Of a stretch of 64,000 bases of DNA, positions 48,761 through 61,665 are shown piece after piece. Source of the stretch: Puccinia triticina (lineage: Eukaryota); contig CP110439.1 in NCBI GenBank assembly GCA_026914245.1, forward strand, positions 4,340,001 through 4,404,000. Reading direction: 5' to 3'. The notes under the pieces are model-generated. The model was given only the letters and a program-made list of their open reading frames with translations, was not told the DNA's origin and ran no database searches. Position 1 is the first letter of the stretch, and each line of letters opens with the position of its first letter. A program made the position numbers and the translations under genes.

Positions 48761-50137
48761 TCAAGAGAGTCTGGGAACGGCACAGTCCCAAGGCCCGCCC
48801 AAGTCCCTGTAATCAAAAACCCCCCACAAAATAATAATAAAGGAATTGAATCAGAAAAAAGTTCCCTGGAAAGGCAGTCCCTAGCTAATGTCAAGGCATA
48901 CTTTTTATAACGTTGGAGCCAGACGTATATCCCAGGTAAGATGAACGCAGTGCCCAAGGGAACAGCCATCAGATAAATCAAGGCGACGCTGATGGATAAC
49001 GTCCAGCTGATCAAGAAGGCCAGAGATGCTAATGAGATGTTCAGGACTACCGGTCTAAACAAGCTGTCGGGATATTTTCTCTGAAGAACCAAACCAAACG
49101 AAAAGAAAAAGCAAGGGATGAGGAATGGGTCGGATGAGGAGGGTATGGAGATGGAGAACAGACCATGACGTCCCGCCGCATCAACGGGAACAATGCAAAC
49201 CATTCGACGGCAAATAAGACGAGTGAAAAGACATCTGCGTTAGAAGGCAAGCGGGAGCCGAGGACGACGGAGGCGGAGATGGCAGCATTGATAGACAGCG
49301 CGGAAGGGAAGCTGGCCACTCTGAGTTAGCTGCAATCTGCAGGAAGCAGAATCGAGTGTGCATGTGCTGGGTTTGGCTCACCTGACGTCCAAGCTGCCCT
49401 CGATCAAGCTCTCTCGGCCGTCCCGATAGTCGGCTAGAAGGATGTTGATCGTGAGCAGGACGGCCGACAGCGCCCAGATCGAGTCCGAGTCAGTCGACAG
49501 CGTCAGGGTCTTCAACACCGGCGAGATCAACATGAGCAGGAAGATCAGGATCCCTGTCGATCGCAGTACTGCCTGTCCTGTGACAAAACGTGGTCAGCTC
49601 TTCCTATCCGTTCAGTTTGCGGGTTGAGTTTAGGGGGCTGGCGATGAGTGGTGTGACGGACGAGCTAGTCTTCGATCGGATTTCGAGCGTTCCCACACAA
49701 GGTAGCCCACAAGGCCCAATGAGATAGTGTACCAAATCAACCCCTATGTAGATAATGCCCGGAAGGTATGATACTTGAGCTTGAACTTGGTTTTTTTTTT
49801 TTTTTTTTTGAGAGAGAGATGGCTGACTTGGGCATGTATATGTCCTTCATGGAGATAGACGAACAGGCCGACGAAGATCATGACGGAGGACAGATGGGCG
49901 CAGAGAGGCAAGGCGCAGATGACGAGGGTCAGATAGCCATCGATCGTCCGCTGGGCTGTTTGTTGGGGATCCCATCAGCATTCCAGTGAGAGCGTGAGAG
50001 CTGGGTGGCTGGAGGCACTGACCGGTGCGGTTCTGGTGGAGATGGGTGAGGAAGGTGCGGTCCTGGTAGTTGTCTGGGAAGGGCTGTCTGGCCCACAGCA
50101 CCCGCCTGAACGGCACTTGCGGCGGAGGGGACGCCAT
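48761..50137 (-). CDS. GPI2: GPI-GlcNAc transferase subunit C (PIG-C/Gpi2), multi-exon
   Basis: RRVLWARQPFPDNY, SPVLKTL..DSDSIWA, SINAAISASVVLGSRL and WLQRYK..GGPWD motifs across GT-AG introns. Confidence 0.9.
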
Positions 50138-50253
50138 GCCGCACCGAGCCCCTCCGGAGGGCGGCTGGTGAGCACCCGGGCCGCGGGGCGGGTGACCCGG
50201 GGGGTGGCCATAAATTTCCAGCCGGCAGCCAGCACGGGGACAGCCAAGCGACG

Positions 50254-52178
50254 ATGCCGCTGATCCCAGCCGGACTGTCGAGCCTCAACGCGAAGGTCGA
50301 GTCCGCCCGCAAGGGGTTCAACTCCTCCCTCGACAAGGCCGGCCAGAAATCAGGCGTCTTCAAGGGCCCAGCCAACCCGAAAACAGCAGCAGCACCCCCA
50401 CCCCCACCACCCTCCTACGCCCGGCCATCGAACTACACCCCTCCACCCCCGCCGCCCGCCAGGAACGACAGGCTCGGCCCAGCCCCGCCGCCGCCACCGC
50501 CCACCCGCCAGCCAAACATCCCGCCCCCACCGCCTTCCAGGGCCCCCTTGCCCCCCCGGAGATGCGACTCGGATGCTGCCCCCGACCAAGAATCCTATCC
50601 GCCGCCAGTCGCCAAGAGACCAGTAGCACCCCCACCCAGCACGGCCACCCCCTACAGACCCCCGCCGACCAGCAACAATGGGTACGGCCCTCCGAGCATG
50701 GCGCCCGTCCAGCCCACATCCAGATACGGCCCGCCTTCCCCCCCTAAATCGGACTCGCAACTGTACGAGGAATCCGCGGCCGTCGACGATCATTCTGAAC
50801 ATGCAGCGGAGTGGCCCAGCAGCCATCCAGAACACCACCAGCCGCCGCCCCCGCCGCCGCCGATCATCACGATGAAGAAGCCGGTCAACTGGCAACACAA
50901 CCCTGCGCCCCCGTCCGCCCCTCCCAAGAACCTGTCCACTCCGCCCCGCTTCCTCCATCCCAAACATGGCCAGATCCCGTTCCCGCCCTTCTCGCAGTTC
51001 ACCGCGCAGGACAAGGAGGCCTTTTTCGGCATGCTTGACGAGTTCTTTGCGCGCAAGTTCCCGGCTCGAGTCCCCGGCGGCCGCCCACGAGATGGGAAGC
51101 CTCCGGTGGCGCTGCAAACCCGGCCGCCTTCGACGGCCCAGGAGGTGCAGATGCAAGACGAGGGGGTCTGTCGGGCGGAGGAGCTGGCCCGGTATTTCAA
51201 GGGCTATCGGCAGTGGACCCGGGGGCCCGAGCAATGGTACAGGGCCGACGATCCGGTGCCCGAGCCCATGCGGACCGCCGACGACGTCAAGCGGGTCTCC
51301 TGTTGGACGCAGACCGGGGACGAGCGGCGGCAGATGAACTACGTGCTCTTCCCGGACCTCTCGCAGCTGTGGAGCGAGGTCGTCTTCGCGGTCTCAGACA
51401 GCGGGCCGCCGCGCTATGCGAGCGCGCGCTTCCGGCCGCCTCCGGGCCTCATCGACGGCCCGACGCTTGCCCAGGCCGCCGACTCCTATGGCCCCCCGAT
51501 CACACAGTTCGCCCTGGACGCCGAGCGGGGCGGGAGACATGTCGCCCGGGGCGAGTGCTGGGATCTCGCGAACGAGGCCCTCAAGGCCTGCCCCGTCCAG
51601 AACCCCCACATCCCCCCGCCCCTCGCCAGCATCTCCCGCACCCATGGCATCCTCCTCTACCATGGCACCGCAACCGGCCCCGGCCAGGGCCATGGAACTT
51701 GGAAACAGCTCCACCAGCTCGGCATCATCCGGCCCGGCGATATCATCGAGTGGCGCCTCGTCGCTTGCCGCACCGTCAACCCTGCCCTCTCGTTCACCCT
51801 CGGCGACCCCGTAAGCTCTCTTTCTCTCTCCACACCGAACCACCCCCCACATATCACTGATCTTCCCGTCCCCTCTCACACATACACACACACACGAACC
51901 AAAAAAAACAGGATCACACCGCGATCATAGTCGAAGCGAGCGGCGCGACGGTCCATACGAGTCGCTCAGCCGACGCTTGTCCCCCGACGATGCTGGGGCT
52001 CATCACGGTCATCGAGCAGTCGCTCAAGCAGCTTCCCGTCCGACGCACCTACGACCTCGCGACTATCTCGAGGGGCCAGGTCTGGATATATCGGCCTATG
52101 GCCGAGCAGAGGCTGCTCGGACCCGGCGCTAACTCGCCCCAGTTCCCGCCCCCGCAGCCTTCTTTCCTTCCCGCTTGA
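50254..52178 (+). CDS. Proline-rich protein with a C-terminal BBC1/AIM3-like domain (intron 51811-51911)
   Basis: Poly-Pro N-terminal half; VARGECWDLANEAL, PGDIIEW, GDP|DHTAII and VIEQS motifs; splice keeps the frame to TGA at 52176-52178. Confidence 0.75.
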
Positions 52179-52437
52179 ATCTCGCCTTCTCTCTCTCTTT
52201 ATCGTTGTCACGCTTGTTTTCACATTCCGACTTGTATCCCCTTGTACGTCCTCTATCGAGTTTTCGCAAACCACAAAGTTCATCTGATTGTCATCGTACT
52301 TGTTTCTTTCTCTTTTTGTGAATGGGTCAGTGATCAGACAATTTGGTGCTCTAATGACAATTGAAATAGCAGACCAAACCGCATTAGCTCAAGTCTATGT
52401 GGGGGTCATATAATCACCATGATAGGTGAATGCACAG

Positions 52438-52517
52438 GCGCCGTTGGTGTAGTGGTTAGCATTGAAGCCTTCCAAGAGAATCAGCTTTAGTCCGGGGTTC
52501 GAATCCCCGACGGCGCA
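52438..52517 (+). tRNA. tRNA-Gly(TCC) with an 8-nt intron (52475-52482)
   Basis: Acceptor GCGCCGT/ACGGCGC; TGGTGTAGTGG A box; GAAGC-CT-TCC-A..A-GCTTT anticodon arm; GGTTCGAATCC B box; TTTTT terminator at 52522. Confidence 0.93.
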
Positions 52518-52923
52518 ATGGTTTTTGCCTCCAGCTCATTCCCACAACGGCCGCGTCTTGCAGCAGAGCATTGGCGGAAAAACAAATTGTTTTTGTAATT
52601 AAAACCATGGATTTCATTGATGCCTCTTTTTTTCTGGTTTGGGCAACCCTACCATGTCTGTAGACTGGACCCAAAGCCCCTAATACTATTCTCTATGTTT
52701 TTTTGTACGGATTATTTCTGATGGATGTAGGAAACCTCTAGACAAGGGACTTGCGTGCTATGTCAACCACACCCACGCAAGTAGAAAATTGACAAAACTG
52801 GATTTTTTTTGATACAGACTACAAAATCAATTTTTTTTTTGATGGTAAACTTGGCTGTGAAAGCTATTTCTGTTGAGTTCAAAGAGGACTTGTGTTGGAA
52901 ACAAGGGATGAGCAAGACAAACA

Positions 52924-54937
52924 CCAGGGGAGATATGTTCCCACTCCCCAGGGAGTGCCAGAGCTGAATTTTATGTGAGTTTTGGTCGGATGTGGGCCTG
53001 ATGTGGATTAGTAACTCATCCCTAAATGAATTGTAAAGTGGATGGAGAAGTGATTCAAAAGTCAGCCAGAATTGATTTGTGACTCAACACAATGTTGCAT
53101 AGAATTCTCTTGTTTTCTAGGTACAACTGTAGGAAAAATATGCTGAAATGACATTTCACCCAAATCCAACTCATCAATTGCTCCTGTTTACTGATGTTGA
53201 AGGATAGCAAAGCAAAATTGACATTCTCAAATGTAATTCCTCTGAAAAAATGGGTTTCTCATAATTCAAGTTATATGCCCTCATGTACAGAATTGTATTA
53301 ATTTCAACTCAATACTATTGGGTTTGGAATTTTGGAATGTGGTTTTATGTTGCAGTAAAATTAGTGAAACCCATTTTCTTGGAAATGTGGGAATTAATTT
53401 GAATTTGGCTAAAAGAATGGTGACAACCTTTTTTAATAGGGTGAAAGTCTGAGTTAAGTCAAGGTTGGACTGCGGTGCCACCCCAGTTTGGCCAGATATC
53501 CTTGCCTCCTCAAAAAAATGATCTGGTGAATTTTGCTTTTTTTTGCTTTTCAAAATTCACATGTGCCCATGCAAGTGAAATTTTTCACACTTTGCTAATA
53601 GTCACCCTGATGTACGCGCTTACTTTGATGTGGAAATATCACAGGATGGGCCTTTCATGGCCACATGAAAAGTAAAAGCTTTGTGTTGAGACACCAATTT
53701 TCCCCCTGATGCACGCAAGTACATGAGGGGGACAATATCACAGGCTGGGCCTTTCACATCTCCATGAAAAGGACACACTGGTCATGGAGCCAAGAAAGGC
53801 CTATATTCTGGATGAGTTCTGGATGAATTCTAGATGAGTTCTGGATGACTTTTTTGGCAAGTTATGGTTCATTTCAGGATGATTTCCAACTGATTTCAAC
53901 AGCCAACTTCCAGTCTTTTTCATACCTATCCAATTTTTATTTACCAAAGGCCTCCAGCACAGTTATGTAAAAGCATTATCACTGCAAGAAAAACTCTAGA
54001 AACTGCTTGAAGTTGAGATGCAAGAGCTCAAGGCAAGCTATGCCTCATGCATGAATCAAGCACTGGTTGATTCCATGCACATTGCCTAATTTATGCAAGA
54101 GTGAGTCTAAGGTACAAAAAACTGAGTACAGGAGTTGATACCTGTGCAAATTGCCCTTTTATGTGAAAATTCCCCTTTCATTTGCACATACCCCTTTCAT
54201 GTGCACATATCCCTTTTGTATGCATTCACCTTTCATAATGTGTACATAGCCCTTTATGTGCACATGACCCTTTCATGTGTGTATATCCCTTTCATGTGCA
54301 TGTATCCCTTTCACAATGTGTACATACCCCTTTCATCATGTGTTCATGACCCATTCATGTTTAAATGTCCCCTTTGAGTTTTTTACATCCCTTTCAATAC
54401 CCCTTTCATCATTCAGGTTTACATGCCCCTTTGATGTTTACATATCCCTTTCATGTGCAAATACCTCTTACTGCAGATACCCCTTTCATGCATTAATACC
54501 CCTTTCATGCATACATACCCCTTTCATCATGTGTACATATCCCTTTTATGTGTTTATACACCTTCTCACATTCCCCTTTCATGTGTACATATTTCTTTCA
54601 TCTGTACATATCCCTTTCATGTGTACATACCCTATTTATGTTATTCTGGCTGAATTCAATGGCGCATGGAGTATTTAATAAAAGAAAATAAAAGGGTGCT
54701 CAGGGGGATGCTCATTTGCCTCAGCCTACTGCATGAGCACTACAGCATGTTCAACATTGAAATGCTGAACAAGGTACACAGTGAAGGTGTGCCAGCCCAG
54801 AATTTGGGTGCTTGACTCCAGCTTGAGCCAATCTTTGAGTGAAGCTTGCTGCATCTCAACTGCAAGCAGTTTCTAGAGTTTTTCTTGCAGTGTTATGGTA
54901 GGGCAGTCCCTGGGGAGTGGGAAAATATCTCCCCTTG
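52924..54937. mobile_element. Putative non-autonomous TIR element hosting the 53980-54892 insertion
   Basis: ~34-bp imperfect inverted repeats AGGGGAGATAT.TTCCCACTCCCCAGGGA.TGCC at both ends; TSD not evident. Confidence 0.55.
53980..54892. mobile_element. Non-autonomous DNA transposon with ~42-bp CACTG TIRs and internal minisatellite-like repeats
   Basis: CACTGCAAGAAAAACTCTAGAAACTGCTTG... inverted at both ends; TTAT on both flanks. Confidence 0.85.
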
Positions 54938-55731
54938 AAATTGAGTTGATTTGGCCAAAAGCATAAGATGAACAATAAAATTTTTTTGAGGGACTACACC
55001 ACGGGTGCAGTCTGACGTTGATCCGACGTCGCAATTTGCGTCAGCGCCCACCTTTCTGACGCCGCGCTAAGCCGACGTGGAATTCACGTTGGGAGGCAAA
55101 CCGTCGGACGCGTCAGATTGCCGCTGGCGTCAATTCGGGGGGTCGGATTGAGCCTGGCGTCAATCCAAGCCGTCGGATTCATGCCGGCGTCAATTATCCC
55201 GTCGGATTGATGTGGGCGGCAAATTTTCAGGTTTTTTGACTAGCGAGACAGTCAGGTCGTCAATACCCTACAGTCAGAGCAAGCTGGTCGGATTGACCCT
55301 CACGGCGGATCTAGAGCAGCTTTCCCGACGTCATATCAGGGTTGGGCTGACTCCGACGCCAAAATTGGGTCAATCTTTCTCCCTCCAGGCGGATTTAATC
55401 CGGCAAATTATTTTGTTCCAGGCGGGTTTTGCTCCGCAAATGAATGCCCAATCAGATTTGGTACAAACCCGGAAATTATTCATTTTGCCATTTGTAACGG
55501 TGCTGAAATTGCGAGCGCAGGAAATTTATACAGGACACGTTGTAGATAATAAATATAAAAATGGTGGTGTAGTTTGGTGTACAACCTTTTTGGGGGATGG
55601 GAGAAGATGTGTATGGCGTGTTCTAGGAAAAGGGGGGATGAGGATGAAAACGAGACTACCAGCAAACAGTGATGGATTCTTTATGGGCTTGAAAAACACG
55701 TGAGCCACCCGGGTCCCGAACTACAGGCAGA

Positions 55732-57242
55732 TTAGGTGGCAACAGGGGAAGGCGCAGAAGGCTCGGGAAGTTGCATGGCGTCCTGAACTTCTTGCATGGT
55801 CGGCATGAGAATCCTTGCCTTCACAATATCTTTATAGAGCTTACCCTGGCCAAAGAGTTCCTTGTCCTTCGCAATGACCAGTTGAGCATGTCTAGTTTGA
55901 CCAGTAACAAGAGGTTATGATCAGATCGATTGTTCTCAAGTGAACCAGAATAAGCTTACTTTTGTCGGAAGGCAGTAGACTTCCATCGGAGATCTTCTAA
56001 ACGTTGATCAATCATTGTCCACTGTGTGACACCTTTGGGGTGATGATTGAGGTAGTTCGAGGCCGTCTCCAATCGGAGATGGCTGAATCGGATTCGTTGC
56101 TTCCAAGTGATGTTGGTGTGGACTTGTTGCCCCTTCTCACTTTTCGGAAGGAGTTCCTGGATCATCTGTGACCAACCAGCAAAAGGAATTTGTCAGCTTG
56201 CACTCGCATTTGTAATTGTAGAAACAGTACAAAGAAATAACTTATTACCGCCTTGATCAGCGTGTCAATATCTGGCACCGGTGCACTTGGCTGAATTTTT
56301 TGGTTCTCCAACATCTGAGTCAAAAGCTTGGAACAAAAGTGTCAACCTAATGCAAAACGTTGAGCATTTTCAAAGAGGAGCAGGGTGCTGCTTACCGAGT
56401 CTCTCAGCTGTTGTCGAACGTATTTCACCAAAGAGCTAAGTGCCTGACGATAAGGCGACTTTCCGGTAGCATTGTTCCCATCATGGCCTTCCGGGTAAAA
56501 CTTGGCTTTGTATTCCTCTGGTTTTTGATCGGCTGCGTCCTGGGTAGTTTGATGAGAACAAAGCTTCCAAAAGGCATCGAATCAAACAATCAAAAGGATG
56601 CTTACTCTGGTTAATTTAGGAAGCGACTTGGCAATAATATTTGAGTGCTTATCCACCGTAGCAGTGTAAGCTTCAATATCAGTCTTGACTATAAAACGCC
56701 TGGCAGTGTCGCGAATAAAATCCTAACAAAGAGAAATTGGTTATTGTACAATATGTTGAGCGCATCATAATGCAGATAACTGATTGATCAGAATCACTCA
56801 CTTTAAAAGGATCCTGAGTAGTTGTTCCGGTGGTTTTGGGCTCAGTTGCAAAATGTTGCGCAATCGAACTCACGAGATAGATGGATCTTGCGTAATGCTC
56901 TTCGGGGGGAGACTGTTCAAAAAAAAATCAGGATGAGTAACAAACAGCAATAATGAAAAGACTGACCTTAACAGCTTTGGAAGCGAGTGTACCAAAGTGA
57001 TCATTGAGGTGGAAATCGTTTTGAAGCTCTTCAATCAGAGAGTCCATCGGATGATCAGGATCTTCCATATGTTGATCCGACTTGGCTCGATCTTGATCAA
57101 AGCCCAATTCATCGCGGCCAAAGAGTTCGGAATGTTCAGTCTCTTGCGGCCCGTTGGTGGATCTGTTGTTTTCATCATTGATCTGACTTGGGGCTGGATG
57201 GTTAAAGATGTTTGAAACATCGTCTTCATCGTTGTCAGACAT
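55732..57242 (-). CDS. Second, divergently oriented multi-exon gene of the CACTA-like element (unknown function)
   Basis: MSDNDEDD start exon; short GT-AG introns; exons ...TQWTMIDQRLEDLR... and ...DKELFGQG...VAT*. Internal exon chain not fully resolved. Confidence 0.6.
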
Positions 57243-57500
57243 GGTCAAGGGATGAAGACTTGGAAATTTTTCGGAAGGTGTTGATTGGCTGATGGATGAG
57301 AAGAGAAAAGACGAGGTTGTGGAGGAAGAGAGACCACGGCTGGGATGGGTGAATCGGAAAAAGTGACGCAATTTAAGTCACAATTGAAATGTCAGAAATG
57401 CTGAAAAGGGCAAGAGGACATCAAATCGCTTGAATTCCTTTTTACTCACAACACACCCTGAAAAACATCATCCAAGGTCCTCCTTTGTCAAAATCCGGCC

Positions 57501-60500
57501 ATGGCAAGACACATAAACAACCTTGTGGATGATACTTGTTAGAACATTCCAACAAAATAAATTCGAGAAAACAGATTACTTACATTTTTAAATCTGGTCA
57601 AAAAGGTTTTAACGAATATACAACACCCGATGGACCACAATTTGTTTGCAAACCTTGTAAAAGTCGGCCTCTGAAGAATAAAGTCAAACATTCAAGGCTC
57701 GGCAACCATCTGTTAAAAGCAAAGAGCTATTACATTTCACTCGAGAAGGAGAGGCTTTCTCGTACCGGGAATTCTACTGTTGGCCATAACGTACAATCAC
57801 AAGGAGGTCCTAGTAACAGTACTGGCTGGGAAGAAGAGGAAAACTTGAATCAAGATTTCGAGGAGATGTTTCTAGATAGGAATTTTGGTAATGCAGAAGA
57901 TGATACTCACATGGAAATCAACAGTCCGCCCAATGATATGCCGCCTCCAATTAAAGAATTTGACGAACCCGCCTCGGCCAAGGAATACTATGACTCTGAC
58001 GACGATCGGGAACTAGATTGGACTGATATGCTACCGGAAGATGACGATGATCAGTGCTCAGAAAAAGAGGAGAGGAAAGAGGAAAAGAAAGAAGATGAAA
58101 AAGGAGAAAACTCAGCTTGGCATCCCTTCCGAAATAAACTCGTAAGCTCTGAGAAGCCAAAACTCACTCAAAAGATTTTTAACATTCATCCGTGTTGCTT
58201 TGAAAAGTATTTGGCGGGATCCTTGATTGTAGGGTTCTTACATAAAATTATCTCACGCTCAATTTATAACCACATACGAGTGGTACTCCTCACATTATGT
58301 AATCTAAAACTTCCCGGATATGAAGCCTTGCGACGAGAAAGAAAGAGGATACGTACTGCTGTCCACTATCCAGTAACACAAAAGAATGCTAGCACGGGGA
58401 AAACTTGTTTTGCTCTTTCGGCGAAGAACATTGTCTCCCATGTACGTGTATTTTTTGCTTTCTTTTTGATCATCTCACTTACAAATTCTGTGTTTTGTTT
58501 CTTAGGAACTGGCCAACCCTTTAGTTAATCCACATTTAGATTTTTTTCCCATTGATGCCAAAGGGAAAGATATTTTCAAGCTATCACAGTCCCGGAGATG
58601 GTTGGAAGACTTTTCGCGCACTCAACGCGTCCAGATGTGTGTCTCAAATAAACAGCATTACTACATTTTTGAACCGGTAATGCAAAAATCCTCCTCAGAT
58701 ATTATTGTTCCTATATTTTTCTATAAGTACAAATGTTCTACTTATTCGAAGTGCTTCAAGCCATCCATTACCTCAAGTACCGGCGGCGGCAATGATAGCT
58801 TAGTAATCCAGATTCCATCCAACATTTGGTTCGAAGACCCTAATTTGATAACATTACCCGTTGGAAAATTGGGATCAATTTACTCGGAAATAAAGACTAA
58901 GAAGGGAAAGAAATTGGCGGAAGTTTGCGGAAGTTTCATAGAAGGTTTGTGCACTTTTAATTCATATTCTATTCGAGTGACTGCCATTTCCTGATTTTAT
59001 TTGAGATTACCATACACATCATCTCTCCATCAAGAGTTCCACTGTGGTCAAGTGACCAAAATACCTCTGCCTAATCCCTGGAGGACCGAAGCGCACAAGA
59101 GGATCATTTGACACACACCAATAAGCCTTTACTGTGATGACACTTCCGGGAATGTGTCAAAACAATGGAACAAGCATGTTTCATATTATTTTACATTGGC
59201 CGGACTTCCTCCGGCGATTTCAAACCAAGAATTCCATTGCCACTTCTTGTGCACATCAAACACCGCCGGTCCTTTGGAAATGGGACAGTTGATTGTCCCA
59301 GAACTCAAGTAAATAATTCATGCCGTTTATGTGATGTGGATTCCGAACTGAAAATGGGTTATTATGTAGTCAAATGTCCTCTCGAGGATTTGATGCGTAT
59401 GATATTGGTCTCCAGGAGGAGGTCTTGGTTATGACCCCGGTGATGTCCTTCCTTGCGGACTCTCCAATGCACGCCGAAATTACAAATACTCCGGTACCTT
59501 CGTCCTCCCTCAATCCGTGTCGATCCTGTGTGCTTTCGGCTCCTAGTCTAGTTGAAAAAGTGACAATGAAATACCTGAAGGAGTTCTTACAGATTAGCTC
59601 GCATGGAACTCAGGTATTTATGATTTCCCCCTCATTTGCTTAACAAGTTATTCCAGCTTCCTGATATCATTCTCTCTTTGATTGATTAGGCTTTCAATCA
59701 ACACCGGTATTGGCCTAAGATGATCAAAGATTCCGAGGCAATCTGGGAATTGGTGAAAAAGAAGAAAAGCGAAACAGCATCCGATAAACTTTCAATTGAA
59801 CGTGGCGTTCGAGATCAACTCAATCGTCATTTTGCATCGGAAATTTACCAATCAAAAAGACTGAAGAAGAAACTTAAAAAGAAGAACGAGCCGATTCCGG
59901 CGCATCTGACTGCCGTTATTCCACCATACATAGCAGATCTGATCAAAAATGATCCCAATTCATTACTCAATCCGTACTTGGAACTCGAAGGTAGGTCAAA
60001 TTCATTCTATTTTGTGGGATATCTTTCTCTGGAGTGTATATCTGATTCCTTCAATGATGACGCCAGGATTTGACGGTTCCAGGCACACTCCTGTGGAAAT
60101 CTTACACGTCTTCTCGCTTGGTGTTGTTAAATATGTTTTTTGTGATTTTATGGACCACCTCAAACCCGACAAGAAAGCGGATCTTATAGGCTTGTGGCGA
60201 TCATTTAACACCAACTCTTTGAATATTCCATCACTTAAACCCGTGGGTATGGTTAAATACTCTTCGAGCTTAGTCGGTAAAGATTTTAGAGTCATAGTTC
60301 AAGCAGCTCCATTTTTATTCTTCCAATTCATGAACGAGCCGACGCGGAATATTTGGCATGCTCTTTGCCATTTAGCACCGCTTGTATTCCAAACCCATAT
60401 TGAAGACATGGACAAGTATCTGATTGAACTGAAGATCCGTATTGACATTTTTTTATATCATATTATACAATCATCTGCGCAGTGGATTAACAAACCAAAG

Positions 60501-61665
60501 TTTCATATGTTACTCCATCTACCAGATTCTATTCTTCTCTATGGACCCGCCGGTCTGTGTTCAACTGAGAAATTTGAAAGCTACAACGGTATTGTGCGCA
60601 ATGCTTCAATCCACTCAAATCAACAAAGTCCTGGTCAAGATATTGCTATCACTTTCAGCAGTTATCATTCATACCGTCAAATATTTTCTGGAAGCGTTTT
60701 TTTTGATCGGTTCAAGAAGAAATTAGCAAATGTTTCATCCCATGTAACAGATGTTTTCGCCCTCAATACCAGCATTCAAAATCTCTTTGGCTATAACAAA
60801 TCCATCTAATATCCAACTCAAACCTATCCCTTGATCAAAAAAGCATACGTCTCAGAAATCGATACACTTGCGGTCCCTCAAAGGCTACAGGATCATTATC
60901 ACGGCCACAACATCCAGCAAATCTCCGAGGTGCATCTGAATGATAAGGAAATACTGAAGAAGAGTTATTTTATCTTGGTATGTTGGCCCTTCCCACCTGC
61001 ACATCTCAAATTCTGATTTCTACCAACTGAACTGCGGTGCGACCAACAGTTTAATCTTCCTTCAGGTCAAAACTCGAATAATCCTACTGTTGGTCGTGTG
61101 AATTCGATTTGGTGCATCAGGAGGCCTTCAAAACCATGTCGGTACATTCTCCACGCAAGTATACTCAAAAGGATGGAAAATTTAAATGAGTGGTATCAAA
61201 TGGCCGAGTTCAGAGTTACTGAACAGTCCCTCTTTGTCAACGCAAAGGTATGTAATGAACTCCTATGCTTCTCCTGCAATATACTGAATGCTGCTTCCCT
61301 CTTCGCTGTTCTAAAATTATCAGGAAGTTGAGAGTTGTTTAAACCTGCAGCACAATTGCCACGATGGTGACTGCAAGCTTACGAAGACGCGTAAGCTGAG
61401 AATAGAAAGGAACGATAGCGAGGTTAGGGCGCTTGAGACCACCCATCAGGACAACAAGCGATTCATCTTGAATTCCTGCTCCTTACATTCTGTCAATTCG
61501 CATCAAAAGATATCCGGCCTTGTTTTTAAGAGGATCAAACCACTTCAATGGATTGATACTTTGCCCGAGGGCTTGAATAAATGGAAGGCTAATAAAAAGA
61601 AGGGCAAGCCAGTAATTCCCTCCAGACCTTCAACCTCTCGTGTTGATCCTAGCTTTCTTATTTAG
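57501..61665 (+). pseudogene. Multi-exon putative transposase with premature stops (59109, 60807)
   Basis: CDDTSGNVSKQWNKH, FLADSPMHAEI, PCRSC, HTPVEILH, KFHMLLHL, EKFESYN and LNLQHNC motifs typical of basidiomycete CACTA-type transposases. Confidence 0.78.

Noticed and set aside
50350..51891. Long antisense and alternate-frame ORFs over the proline-rich gene
   Set aside because: Expected shadow ORFs in very GC-rich coding DNA.
54135..54678. Cys/His/Phe-rich ORFs (also 39455-39794)
   Set aside because: Translations of degenerate repeats inside a non-autonomous transposon.
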